Source: an uncultured Akkermansia sp. (GTDB lineage: Bacteria; Verrucomicrobiota; Verrucomicrobiia; Verrucomicrobiales; V1-33). From it: a DNA stretch of 64,000 nucleotides. This document shows positions 17,811 through 26,661 of the stretch, one piece after another (the first letter of the stretch is position 1; each line of letters opens with the position of its first letter). The position numbers were made by a program, and so were the translations under genes. The notes beneath the pieces were generated by a model. That model saw only the letters and a program-made list of their open reading frames with translations. It did no database searches and was not told where the DNA came from. Location of the stretch: contig CAZFZN010000032.1 of assembly GCA_964523105.1 (NCBI GenBank), positions 20,570-84,569 of the forward strand, written 5' to 3'.

Positions 17811-18050
17811 AGCCCCAACGGGGCGAAGCAACATAGCCCGGGGCAAGCGAGGCACGAGCGCAGCCCCGGGTCCTGGAACGAAGGATCTTCAAGCCCTGAA
17901 AGGGCGGGACAAACCGCTCGAACCACACACCGCGACCAGTTCCACGCCCGGCCTCGCCCTTACAGGGCTTGGAAATATGGGTGCGGGCTACCCGGGGCGG
18001 CGCTCCTGCGTCGCTTGCCCCGGGCTGGGATGCATCGCCCCGTTGGGGCT
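17811..18050. repeat. Palindromic intergenic repeat element, copy B
   Basis: agccccaacggggcg...cccggggc...caagccctgaaagggcgg // ccgcccttacagggcttg...gccccggg...cgccccgttggggct. The arms are reverse complements of each other. Confidence 0.85.
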
Positions 18051-18144
18051 GCTGTGATCCTTCTATCATTTTGGTTTGGTCATTCGGGCTTTGTAAATCT
18101 GATTCAGTCATTCCTTCGGACTATGATCTTCTCGTTTCGTCATT

Positions 18145-21042
18145 TCATTTCGCCTCCTGCACTTGCCGCAGCGCTTGTTTGAACTGCGCCGACGGCTCGA
18201 ACTTGTCCTCGAAACTCACCGCGACTTCTTCGCCGCTGCGGCGGGAAATGGCGATCCAGCGCGTCAGCGCGATTTCCAGGAGCAGGATGAACAGCGCGGC
18301 GACGGCGAGGTACTTCCACAGTTCCTCACCGAACTCCCGGCCGGCCAGAATGTTCAGCACTTCCGTGGCGCTCTTGGGTTCCAGCATCTGGAGGCGCTGC
18401 TTCATGAAATCCATCTCCGGCTGGCCGAGTTGCGTGAGCCTGCTTTCGGCCACGTCATCGGCGATGCTGAACGGGATGCTGCCGTCTTTCGCGGCAAGGC
18501 CGGCGTACTCTTTAGCCTGCTCCTTCGGCAGCTTCATTTGGTAAAGCCCGGGCACGATGTCCTGCTCCATGCGGGCGACGAGTCCGCCGCGCGTGAACAC
18601 GAGCGAAGCCTTGCGCGGCAGATTGTCAGGGCCGGTGACTTCCCACTGACCGACCCGCGACTCACTGGCCGTGGCGTTCGGCGGGAACGGCGTGAGGCAT
18701 TCCGTGGGCACGACCTCGCTCGGCTGACTTTGGCTTTGCCATTCCAGTTTCAACGCCGCGCCGCCGCTGTCGTCGTCGAAGTCGAGTTGAATGGGATAAA
18801 ACTTCCCCGCCTGAAGCTTGATGCGGCCCTCGCCGCCGCGCTCGAAAATCTTCTTTCCGTCCACCGTCACCGTCAGCGAGTCGTCGCCCCAGCCGTTGAA
18901 CCGATACTCCTCGCTGTAACGCGGCACGATGGCACCGGTCCAGCGCGCGGAGAAATCCTCCGGCACGCTCGGCGCAGGGCGGCCGTTACCCCACTGGAAA
19001 TCCGGCTTCGGATCAATGCGCACCAGCACCGGTTCGTCTTTGCCGCGGCCTTTGAAATACTCGCCTTTGAGGCCGCCCTCGGCGCTGGCCTGCGCGAGCG
19101 GAATGTTCAATTGCGCCGCAGGCTGACGGTTGAGCGGCTGGCCGTCGGGATTGGCCAGGTGATAGACAAGCTGATGCACCAGCGCGACGAACGCCTGACG
19201 CGACGGCAGGTTGCCGGCCGCGGTGTCGAAGTTGCTGCACGCCATGATGACGCTGCCGAATCCGGTTTTGATGCTGGTGAGAAACGGATCGCCGTTCGCA
19301 AGCCGTCCGCCGGTGCTGCCGCCGCCCGTGGCGTCAGGCTCCACGCGCCAGTAGCGCTGCATGAGCGTGCCGCCGAGATCGCTCTGCTTGGCGTCGGCCA
19401 CCAGTTCAAGCGCGGGATGGCTCAGCGTATTGAGCGCCACGCTGACGGGTTCTTTGGGAATGGCCTCCGCCATGAGCCGCGCCGGCAGCAGGCGTCCGCC
19501 GTCGGCATCGCGCCAGTTGTTGTAAAAGTCAGGCTGCGCCTGGATGCCCGGCAGCACGAGCAGTCCGCCGCCGCCCTGCACCCAGCCGGCGATCCGGCGC
19601 GCGGTGCTTTCCGGCAGCTTGGGCACGTCGGCGAGGATGATAACATCGTAGTTCTGGAACGACGCCACATTTCCGAGCCGGCTCAGCGGCATGACTTCGG
19701 GATCGAGTGCCACGGCTTTCTTCTCGCCGCGCTTGGCGGGATCCATGAGCGAGGACGGCGCGAGCGCGAGCGCCGTGAAGGCACCGGCGCGGTCGAGGAA
19801 CCGCTCCGTTGGATTTCCATCCACAATGAGCACGCCAAGGCGGTTCACGACGTGGCACACACTGACGGATTCGTTGTCGAGCGCGAGTTCATCGTTCGCC
19901 GTCACCTTTGCGCTGACCACGAAACTTCCCGACTCCTTGAACTGATGCAGAAAGCGCACGGTTTCCTTGGCGCCCGGCTGCAACTGGCCGGTACCGGGAT
20001 CTTTGATCACCGAGTCGCCGATCTTGATCTCCACGCCGCCGGGCGTCACGGCTTCCGTGCCCGTGTTCTCCACGGAAACCTCGATGCTCACCGCACGGTC
20101 GGTGCCGATGACATCGCGCGAATAACTGATGCCGGCGACGGCCACATTGCGGAAGGTCGCGGGCAGCGGGAATTTCCGCATCAGCACCTGCGGCGGCGCG
20201 TGGAAGGTCTCGAAACCTTTGACGAGCGCATCCCACCGCGCGCGGTTGTCCACGTCCCAGCCCATGTTCTGGCCATCGGTGAAGACGATGACTTCCTTGC
20301 TGAGGCTCGAACCGCGCGAGAGCGACACCGCGGCGGACGCGAGCGCATCGAACGACGCCATCTTGCCGCGCACCGGCTGCAGTTTCCCCAGCGCCTCCAG
20401 CACTTCGCTGCGATTCACGATCGGCTCCGCTACGCGCGCCATCGGCACCGGACCGCCCAGCACGACGCTGAACGCCGTGCCCGGCTCCGCCTTCTCCACG
20501 ATCTCTTTCGCCTCAGCGACCGCGGCATCGAAGTTGGTGCCAGCCGCGCCCGTGCGCAATTGCATGGACGTGGAGCAGTCAATGATGAGCGCGATGTCCT
20601 TCTTCCCCGCCGTGCCGAAGCGCTTCTGCTTCCACTGGTATTCGTACCACACCGACATCCCGGCGTAAGCCCCGCTGGCGAGCGCGGTAAGCAGCAGCAG
20701 CCAGAACCACTTTTTGTTTCCGCGCAGAATCACCGCCGTGGTCAGAGCGACGAGTGAAATCAGAAACGCCGGCAGCACCACGACCCAAGGAATCGGCGAT
20801 CCCGGCGGCGCAAACGGCCGCGCCACCGCCAGCGCCAGCAGCGCCATGAGCAAACACCGCGCCGCCATGAGCAGCGCCTCCTCCAACTGGATGCGGCGCT
20901 TCCGCGACTCGATGGAGTCGAGGAGGAACTGCATCGCGCCCCAGTCAATCACCTTCGCCGCCTTGCGTGAGAGCAGGTGGATGATGATCGGGATGGCGAT
21001 GGCGCCGAGGCCGATGAGAAGGGCGGTGTGGATGAAGGACAC
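18145..21042 (-). CDS. BatA-domain (N-terminal double-TM) / vWA / GATase1-like / PA14 domain protein
   Basis: The N-terminus MSFIHTALLIGLGAIAIPIIIHLL is the BatA/TIGR02226 signature. vWA motif DIALIIDCSTSM. YDVIILADVPKLP...GGGLLVLPG. PA14-like segment GLKGEYFKG...FSARWTGAIVP...YRF...DDSLTVTVDGK...LKLEW (about nt 18697-19074). Confidence 0.85.
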   Translation of the reverse strand: MSFIHTALLIGLGAIAIPIIIHLLSRKAAKVIDWGAMQFLLDSIESRKRRIQLEEALLMAARCLLMALLALAVARPFAPPGSPIPWVVVLPAFLISLVALTTAVILRGNKKWFWLLLLTALASGAYAGMSVWYEYQWKQKRFGTAGKKDIALIIDCSTSMQLRTGAAGTNFDAAVAEAKEIVEKAEPGTAFSVVLGGPVPMARVAEPIVNRSEVLEALGKLQPVRGKMASFDALASAAVSLSRGSSLSKEVIVFTDGQNMGWDVDNRARWDALVKGFETFHAPPQVLMRKFPLPATFRNVAVAGISYSRDVIGTDRAVSIEVSVENTGTEAVTPGGVEIKIGDSVIKDPGTGQLQPGAKETVRFLHQFKESGSFVVSAKVTANDELALDNESVSVCHVVNRLGVLIVDGNPTERFLDRAGAFTALALAPSSLMDPAKRGEKKAVALDPEVMPLSRLGNVASFQNYDVIILADVPKLPESTARRIAGWVQGGGGLLVLPGIQAQPDFYNNWRDADGGRLLPARLMAEAIPKEPVSVALNTLSHPALELVADAKQSDLGGTLMQRYWRVEPDATGGGSTGGRLANGDPFLTSIKTGFGSVIMACSNFDTAAGNLPSRQAFVALVHQLVYHLANPDGQPLNRQPAAQLNIPLAQASAEGGLKGEYFKGRGKDEPVLVRIDPKPDFQWGNGRPAPSVPEDFSARWTGAIVPRYSEEYRFNGWGDDSLTVTVDGKKIFERGGEGRIKLQAGKFYPIQLDFDDDSGGAALKLEWQSQSQPSEVVPTECLTPFPPNATASESRVGQWEVTGPDNLPRKASLVFTRGGLVARMEQDIVPGLYQMKLPKEQAKEYAGLAAKDGSIPFSIADDVAESRLTQLGQPEMDFMKQRLQMLEPKSATEVLNILAGREFGEELWKYLAVAALFILLLEIALTRWIAISRRSGEEVAVSFEDKFEPSAQFKQALRQVQEAK

Positions 21043-21085
21043 GCGGGGAGTGTTTTAGTGCTTGGTGTTTTAGTGCTTAGGACGG

Positions 21086-22024
21086 TCATCTCTTCCGGCT
21101 TCGACGCGCCACAAAGTCAGCCAGCGCCTGCGCATAGGGCGTCTTGGTGGTCAGGGGCACATAGTCCGCCTGCATCTGGCCGCACGCTTTCTCGATCACG
21201 CTGACGTGTTCCTTCACCTTCTGGAGATACGCCGCGCGGATCGTCCGCGGGTCCACCTTGATGCGCTGGCCCGAGGCTTCGAGGTCTTTGAACTCCTGAC
21301 TGGCGCTGAACGGAAAGGTCAGTTCCTCCTCGGCCATGATGTGGAAAAGCACGAGTTCGTGATTCCGGAATTTGAAGTGATGGAACGACTCCACGATCTG
21401 CGCCGCGGATTCGAAGCAGTCGCTGAGAATGAGCACCAGTCCGCGCGACGGAATGCGCTCGGCGACTTCGTGCAGCGTCGTGGCGAGGCGCGTGTCGTTG
21501 CCGGGCTCCGCTTTGTCCAGTTCGCCCAGCACCAGTCGCACCTGACTGGGACGGCTCGCCGCCTTCACATAGGAACGGATATGATCATCAAACGTCACCA
21601 GTCCCACGGCGTCCTGCTGCTTGATCATCAGATAGGCCAGCGACGCCGCGAGATACTGCGCGTATTCAAACTTGGACACCTTCTTCCCATCCACCGGCGC
21701 CGCCTGCTCGCCGCGGTATTTCATGGACCCGCTGCAATCCAGCACGATGGTCGCGCGCAGGTTCGTCTCCTCGATGTACTGTTTGATATAATAGCGGTCG
21801 CTCTTGGCGAAAACGCGCCAGTCGAGATCCTTGATGTCATCGCCCGGCATGTATTGCCGGTGCTCGGCAAAGACGACGCTGAAACCCTTGTTCGGACTCG
21901 TGTGCCGGCCCGACATCGCCCCCTGCTTCTTCGCCCGCGCCAGCAGTTCAAGGCGCGACAGCGTGCCGGCGATGCCGTCGGGCAGCAGGCGCATGTAAGT
22001 GGTGTCGGGGAGGGCGGCGGACAT
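21086..22024 (-). CDS. DUF58 domain protein (vWA-like, MoxR partner)
   Basis: HRQYMPGDDIKDLDWRVFAKSDRYYIKQY followed by VLDCSGSM, the classic DUF58 signature. Confidence 0.88.
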   Translation of the reverse strand: MSAALPDTTYMRLLPDGIAGTLSRLELLARAKKQGAMSGRHTSPNKGFSVVFAEHRQYMPGDDIKDLDWRVFAKSDRYYIKQYIEETNLRATIVLDCSGSMKYRGEQAAPVDGKKVSKFEYAQYLAASLAYLMIKQQDAVGLVTFDDHIRSYVKAASRPSQVRLVLGELDKAEPGNDTRLATTLHEVAERIPSRGLVLILSDCFESAAQIVESFHHFKFRNHELVLFHIMAEEELTFPFSASQEFKDLEASGQRIKVDPRTIRAAYLQKVKEHVSVIEKACGQMQADYVPLTTKTPYAQALADFVARRSRKR

Positions 22025-22027
22025 TTA

Positions 22028-22045
22028 AGAGGTGAGATTTAAGAT
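22028..22045. repeat. AT-rich 18-mer AGAGGTGAGATTTAAGAT (leader motif family 1), directly 5' of the DUF58 start codon on the minus strand
   Basis: An identical 18-mer recurs at 26577-26594, directly 5' of the LbH transferase start codon. Confidence 0.8.
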
Positions 22046-22815
22046 TTAAGATTTGCCCGTATCCATCCGCCGGCAGGTGTAGTTATGGAAGGCCTCGTCC
22101 GCACGGACCATGACGAGGTCTATGGGGACGATGTCTCCCGAAGGATGTTCGCGGACGAAATTCAGCGTATGGGCATCAAACGCGCCAATCCTCGACTGGC
22201 GGTGGTAGAAACTGAAGCAATCCTCCGAATTCGCCGGCAGGCCGGGAATACGCTCGAAACCGAGCATGTCCATGGATTCAAGGATTTCGGCGGGCTTTAC
22301 AGGTGAACCAGAGATAAAGGGCTGGCTCGTCAGAATGGCCAGTCCTTCCGCCTCGATCCACAGTCCTTCCAGACGGATGTCGTCGGCGAAGACCTCATTT
22401 TGCAGCAGCAGGCGATCCAGGTATTGCAGCGGAGTGGCCCCGCCCATGCCGATGAAGAGTTCGTCCTCCTGGGTGCGCTTGTCGTAGCGTGAATCAACAA
22501 AGGCATACCATCCGTAACGGCCTGCGTGGGTGGCTTTGTAATAGCGCCCGTCTTTCTCAGAGAACCAAACGCGGTGTTCCTGCCCGCCCTCGTTGTTATT
22601 GGCGAACTGCTCCAGCCAGGGAGCGGCGTCTAGGCAGCAGCCTCTTTCCTGCGCCCACAGCCAGAGCGCGCGGCCTTCGCGGGTGGAGCGGTCTGAGTGC
22701 GGCTCGCCTGGAATTCCAAATACTGCCTCCGTGCCTCCTCCGAGGTGACAATGGGCTGCTGCGAGCGAATTTCTTTGAGCCTCGCGCGATACTCGTCGGG
22801 AGTCATCTTTTTCAT
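22046..22815 (-). CDS. Kinase-like protein resembling the polyvalent-protein kinase family, apparently frame-broken near nt 22700 (possible pseudogene or sequencing error)
   Basis: The body in one frame carries GGQEHRVW, YYKAT, ATPLQYLDRLLLQNEVFADDIRLEG, FDAHTLNF and VPIDLV. The protein-like N-terminus MKKMTPDEYRARLKEIRSQQPIVTSEEARRQYLEFQ is in a different frame (ORF 22630-22815). GC is about 50%. Confidence 0.5.
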
Positions 22816-22891
22816 GCGGCATAGGGTGGTTCGATTTGGAGTTTGGGCAAGTTGTCTTTGCCCGCGAGGTGTCACCAGGATTCCATCCACC

Positions 22892-23096
22892 AGCCCCAAC
22901 GGGGCGCGGCATCACAGCCCGGGGCAGCGCCCCGGGACTGCCAGGCAAAGAACCGCAAGCCCTGAAGGGGCGAGGCAACAGCGCGGCGACGACAAATTGC
23001 CCCGCCCTTACAGGGCTTGACCGTGCGACCCGGTTTCCCGGGGCTGTGCTCCTGCGTCGCTGGCCCCGGGCTTTGTTGCCGCGCCCCGTTGGGGCT
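22892..23096. repeat. Palindromic intergenic repeat element, copy C
   Basis: It has the same termini (agccccaacggggcg ... cgccccgttggggct) and the same core (caagccctgaaggggcg // cgcccttacagggcttg) as copy B, in the same orientation. Confidence 0.85.
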
Positions 23097-23282
23097 ATGG
23101 AAGGAGGCAGCGTCATGGCTTGTTCGGACTCCGCATGGCCTTTCGCCTCTGGCGCCGGCTTTGGAAGATCAGTCCAAAGAACCATTCCACCAAAAGACCC
23201 AGAAGAAGGCCTCCGATGCCGATGATCCAGAAAACCTGTTCCATGCGAGGGCAGTGGTAGGTGGCTTCCTGAGCAGAGAGGA

Positions 23283-24323
23283 CTACACCTCCAACTCCGC
23301 CTTCGGCTTAAAGTGCTCCAGCAGCATCCGGATGATCTGGTCGCTCTTCACGCCGGCGGCTTCGGCATTGAACGTGGTCAAAATGCGATGCCTCAGCACG
23401 GGGAAGGCGCAGTGCTGCACGTCGCCGGTCGTAGCGTGGTAGCGGCCCTGCAAAATCGCGCGCGCCTTCGCCGCGGTGATTAAGAAGATGCCCGCGCGCG
23501 GGCCGGCGCCCCACTGGACCATCTCCTTCACAAACGACGGCGCTTCCTTTTCCTTCGGGCGCGTGGCGCGGACCAGACTGCTGGCGTATTCCACGACGTG
23601 ATCGCCGACAGGCACACGGCGCACGATGTCCTGGAGTTCCATCACCGTTTTGCCATCGAGCAGCTTTTGCACATTCGCTTTGTGGGTGCCGGTCACCTGC
23701 TTGATGATCTGCTGCTCCTCGGCGTCGGTCGGATAGCCGACCATGATGTTGAACATGAAGCGGTCGAGCTGCGCCTCGGGCAGCGGGAAGGTGCCTTCCT
23801 GTTCGATGGGATTCTGCGTGGCCAGCACAAAGAACGGCTCCGGCAGGTCGTAGGTGTGTTCGCCCACCGTGACGTGACGTTCCTGCATCGCTTCCAGCAG
23901 GGCGGCCTGGGTCTTGGGCGGGGTGCGGTTGATTTCGTCGGCCAGCACCATGTTCGCAAAGACCGGCCCGTGAACGAAACGGAAGTTCCGTTTCCCCGTG
24001 GCCTGGTCAATTTCCAGAATGTCGGTGCCCGTGATGTCGGCAGGCATGAGGTCCGGCGTGAACTGGATGCGCTTGAAGCTCAGGTCGAGCACCTTGCTCA
24101 GCGTGGAAACCAGCAGCGTCTTGGCCAGGCCGGGCACGCCTTCGAGCAGCGCATGGCCGCGGCAAAATATGGCGATGAGCATTTGCTCCACCACATCCAC
24201 CTGGCCCACGATGACCTGGCCAACCTGTTCCTTCATGCGGTGATACACCGCGTTCAACTGCTGGACGATTTCGCGGTCATCCTTGTGGGCCGCAGGCTCG
24301 AGATTTACGATGCGTTCACTCAT
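23283..24323 (-). CDS. MoxR-family AAA+ ATPase
   Basis: [67 protein letters not shown]. Confidence 0.92.
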   Translation of the reverse strand: MSERIVNLEPAAHKDDREIVQQLNAVYHRMKEQVGQVIVGQVDVVEQMLIAIFCRGHALLEGVPGLAKTLLVSTLSKVLDLSFKRIQFTPDLMPADITGTDILEIDQATGKRNFRFVHGPVFANMVLADEINRTPPKTQAALLEAMQERHVTVGEHTYDLPEPFFVLATQNPIEQEGTFPLPEAQLDRFMFNIMVGYPTDAEEQQIIKQVTGTHKANVQKLLDGKTVMELQDIVRRVPVGDHVVEYASSLVRATRPKEKEAPSFVKEMVQWGAGPRAGIFLITAAKARAILQGRYHATTGDVQHCAFPVLRHRILTTFNAEAAGVKSDQIIRMLLEHFKPKAELEV

Positions 24324-24497
24324 GTAGAATTATTTGGAGGAGAAATGGGAATGATGGAGCGTAGCAGAGGCCATGCAACTACGCGAAGAGGCACGCAGGT
24401 TGTCGTTTTGTGGCAGGAGAAATTGCGGAAGCTGACAAGCATCGGTATTCCGCCTGGCGGCATCTCGGGCATTTACCTACGATCCCGGAACCATCGC

Positions 24498-24944
24498 TCA
24501 TGCCGACAATAGCGCCCGCTCCAGCGCCGCGGGCAAATTCACTCCGCCGGTGCCGCCGAGTTCGCGGTCGATGTCCTCGAGCCGCTGAATGAGGTCGCGC
24601 ACTTCGCTGCGCGCGTAGGGGCCGCCGGCGGCCTTGCAGAAATGTGTGCGGCAACCAAAGGGCCGGCCTTCGTAGATGCGGCACTTTCCGTTCTCCAGCA
24701 ACGGACACGCGCCGTCCGGCGACAGCGGCATCTTCTTGCGCCCGGAAGCCCGCACCGCCTGTGCCGCCACCATCGCCTCGCCGCGGGTCAGGAAGGGCGT
24801 ACGGCCCGTGAGTTTGAAATGACAGCACTCCGCGCGCCCAACACAGTCGCGATCCGGCGCGCGCTCGGCGAGTTCTTTGTAAATCGCCCGCACGCCGGCG
24901 AGCAAAGCCTGGCGGCGGTCGGGAGTGATGGGGCGAAGGCTCAT
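24498..24944 (-). CDS. YkgJ-family cysteine-cluster (zinc/iron-chelating) protein
   Basis: Cys clusters CVGRAECCHF and GACPLLENGKCRIYEGRPFGCRTHFC are typical of UPF0153/YkgJ. Confidence 0.7.
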   Translation of the reverse strand: MSLRPITPDRRQALLAGVRAIYKELAERAPDRDCVGRAECCHFKLTGRTPFLTRGEAMVAAQAVRASGRKKMPLSPDGACPLLENGKCRIYEGRPFGCRTHFCKAAGGPYARSEVRDLIQRLEDIDRELGGTGGVNLPAALERALLSA

Positions 24945-25001
24945 TTATCGCTTCTTTAGATTCGGTGATCCAGCAGCGCGGCAAGAATAATCCTGATTCC
25001 C

Positions 25002-25859
25002 TCAACAAAAGGCCCGTCGCAGTTTGCCGCTCAGGAGCGGCAGTGGTCTGCGGCGGGTTTTTACGGATCGCGCCCCCGGTACCGCTTCGATTTCCCGCAG
25101 CCGAAGCAACTGTTCACTGGTGAGCCCGTCGAACGCCTCGTCCCCAAACGACATCCACCGCCACGGCTGTAAATTTTGGAGAAGGCCCGCGATGGAATCG
25201 AGGTGCGTGAACGGCGCGAGGCACCATGTTGCCAGGTCCGCCCAAAGGCCGTGAAGCAGTCCTCTCCTCGTATCTCCAAACAGTCCCAGCAGTGCCTGAT
25301 CCATGGGCTCATCGTCGAGCAACTGAAGTGATGCCTTTTCATCTGCAAACAACCGAACCGCCGCCGCTTCGACCTCCAGCTCGCCACTCATCAGGGCAGC
25401 TATCAGCAGCTCCGCGAAGTAGGCCCATGTAGAATGCAGTTCACAGAGAAATCCTTTGTTCGCAGAGAATGCCGGCCGTGCATCGATTAACGCGAAGTTC
25501 AGAATCTCCAGTTGTTCTACGTCTTGGAGCACAAGGCTATCGAACAACAGCCGGCAGAGCACGCAGTCCATGATATCATCGTCCACCGCTTGTTCGTGAA
25601 CAATTCCAAACAGTGCGACGGAACCGGTCAGAGACCGGAACCGACTGAAGCCCTCGTCAATCTCGTCTCCCCAAGTCGTCAGGCCGATGGTTTCGGAGAC
25701 TTCGAAATCCCACTCCCCGGGGAACCGCCGCTGCTCGAGTATCTCGGTCCACTTGGAGACGTAACCAGCGGAGCCTGGATCGCTGGGCACCCACCTTTCG
25801 ATCAGCGAACGAGTGACGTTGCGGCAGGCACGCTCAAAAAGCCGGGTCAGCGCATCCAT
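25002..25859 (-). CDS. Hypothetical protein, compositionally atypical (low GC)
   Basis: 285-aa acidic protein with no family I recognise. The two 60-nt lines I counted (25441-25560) are 50-52% GC. Confidence 0.5.
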   Translation of the reverse strand: MDALTRLFERACRNVTRSLIERWVPSDPGSAGYVSKWTEILEQRRFPGEWDFEVSETIGLTTWGDEIDEGFSRFRSLTGSVALFGIVHEQAVDDDIMDCVLCRLLFDSLVLQDVEQLEILNFALIDARPAFSANKGFLCELHSTWAYFAELLIAALMSGELEVEAAAVRLFADEKASLQLLDDEPMDQALLGLFGDTRRGLLHGLWADLATWCLAPFTHLDSIAGLLQNLQPWRWMSFGDEAFDGLTSEQLLRLREIEAVPGARSVKTRRRPLPLLSGKLRRAFC

Positions 25860-25868
25860 TCCGGTTAG

Positions 25869-26561
25869 TCATATGATCCCCCGCCGCTCCACGATCTCCT
25901 GCTCCTGGCGCAGCTTGACCACGCGATCCGCTGGCAGGACTCCGCGCCAGACGGTACCGGGATAAAGCACACTGCGGCGGCCAATGAGGCTGCCCGGATT
26001 GAGCACCGCGCGCGCGCCGATATCGGCGTGGTCGCCGATGATGGCGCCGAATTTAGGCAGGCCGGTTTCGATGCGGCCGGCGACGGGATCCATGACCGGC
26101 ACGGCGCCGCCGTCGTGACGCCAGTTGCAGAGGATGGCTCCTGCGCCGAGGTGCGATTTGTAGCCGAGGATGGAATCGCCCACGTAATTCCAGTGCGGCA
26201 CTTCGGCGCGGTCGAAGACGATGCAGTTTTTGAATTCGCTCGTGTTGCCGGCGATGACGCCGTTTCCGAGCACGACGTTTTCGCGAATGTAACAGCCGGG
26301 CGCGATGACGCAGTCCTCGCCGATCCATGCCGGCCCCATGATTACCGCACCCGGCGCGACTTTCGTCCCGCGGCCAATATGCACGCGCTCGCCGATGAAG
26401 GCATGGCCCTGAAGCACACCTTCATTGCCGGGTCGCAGATTCTCCGCCAGCCAGGGCGCGATCTTTGGAATCGCCTCCCACACTTCACCCACGCCGTCGA
26501 ACAGCGCTGCGGCCTGGGTTTTGCTCAGGTCAAGATAGGCGGAGACAGGATGGAGAGGCAT
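25869..26561 (-). CDS. Left-handed beta-helix (hexapeptide repeat) acyl/nucleotidyl-transferase-like protein
   Basis: Repeated [LIV]-G-x-x-x-x hexads (IGERVHIGRGTKVAPGAVIMGPAWIGEDCVIAPGCYI...), resembling the C-terminal domain of GlmU. Confidence 0.7.
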   Translation of the reverse strand: MPLHPVSAYLDLSKTQAAALFDGVGEVWEAIPKIAPWLAENLRPGNEGVLQGHAFIGERVHIGRGTKVAPGAVIMGPAWIGEDCVIAPGCYIRENVVLGNGVIAGNTSEFKNCIVFDRAEVPHWNYVGDSILGYKSHLGAGAILCNWRHDGGAVPVMDPVAGRIETGLPKFGAIIGDHADIGARAVLNPGSLIGRRSVLYPGTVWRGVLPADRVVKLRQEQEIVERRGII

Positions 26562-26576
26562 CGGATTTAAGATTTT

Positions 26577-26647
26577 AGAGGTGAGATTTAAGATGCGTGG
26601 GTTCTTCGGATCCAGTCTGGCTCCAAAATCTTAAATCTTAAATCTCA
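26577..26647. repeat. Leader motif family 1 copy plus its inverted partner (intercistronic hairpin between frr and the LbH transferase gene)
   Basis: tgagatttaagat (26582-26594) is the exact reverse complement of atcttaaatctca (26635-26647). The loop is about 40 nt. Confidence 0.7.
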
Positions 26648-26661
26648 AATCCTAAATCCAC

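Noticed and set aside
17741-17926. N-terminal 62-codon extension of the 1108-aa track ORF (a similar extension at 22823-23185 belongs to the 379-aa ORF)
   Set aside because: The extensions run through palindromic repeat copies B and C, giving PGLCCFAPLGL-type translations. Internal ATGs immediately after the repeats give sensible N-termini.
18163-20757. 864-aa + strand ORF opposite the BatA/vWA/PA14 gene
   Set aside because: It is an antisense shadow: Arg/Ala/His-rich with no domains. The minus-strand ORF carries the BatA, vWA and PA14 signatures.
22690-22710. Programmed -1 ribosomal frameshift in the kinase-like gene
   Set aside because: The apparent frame switch near ggaattccagg lacks an X-XXY-YYZ slippery heptamer, and I saw no obvious downstream pseudoknot. 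An indel (mutation or sequencing error) is the simpler explanation.
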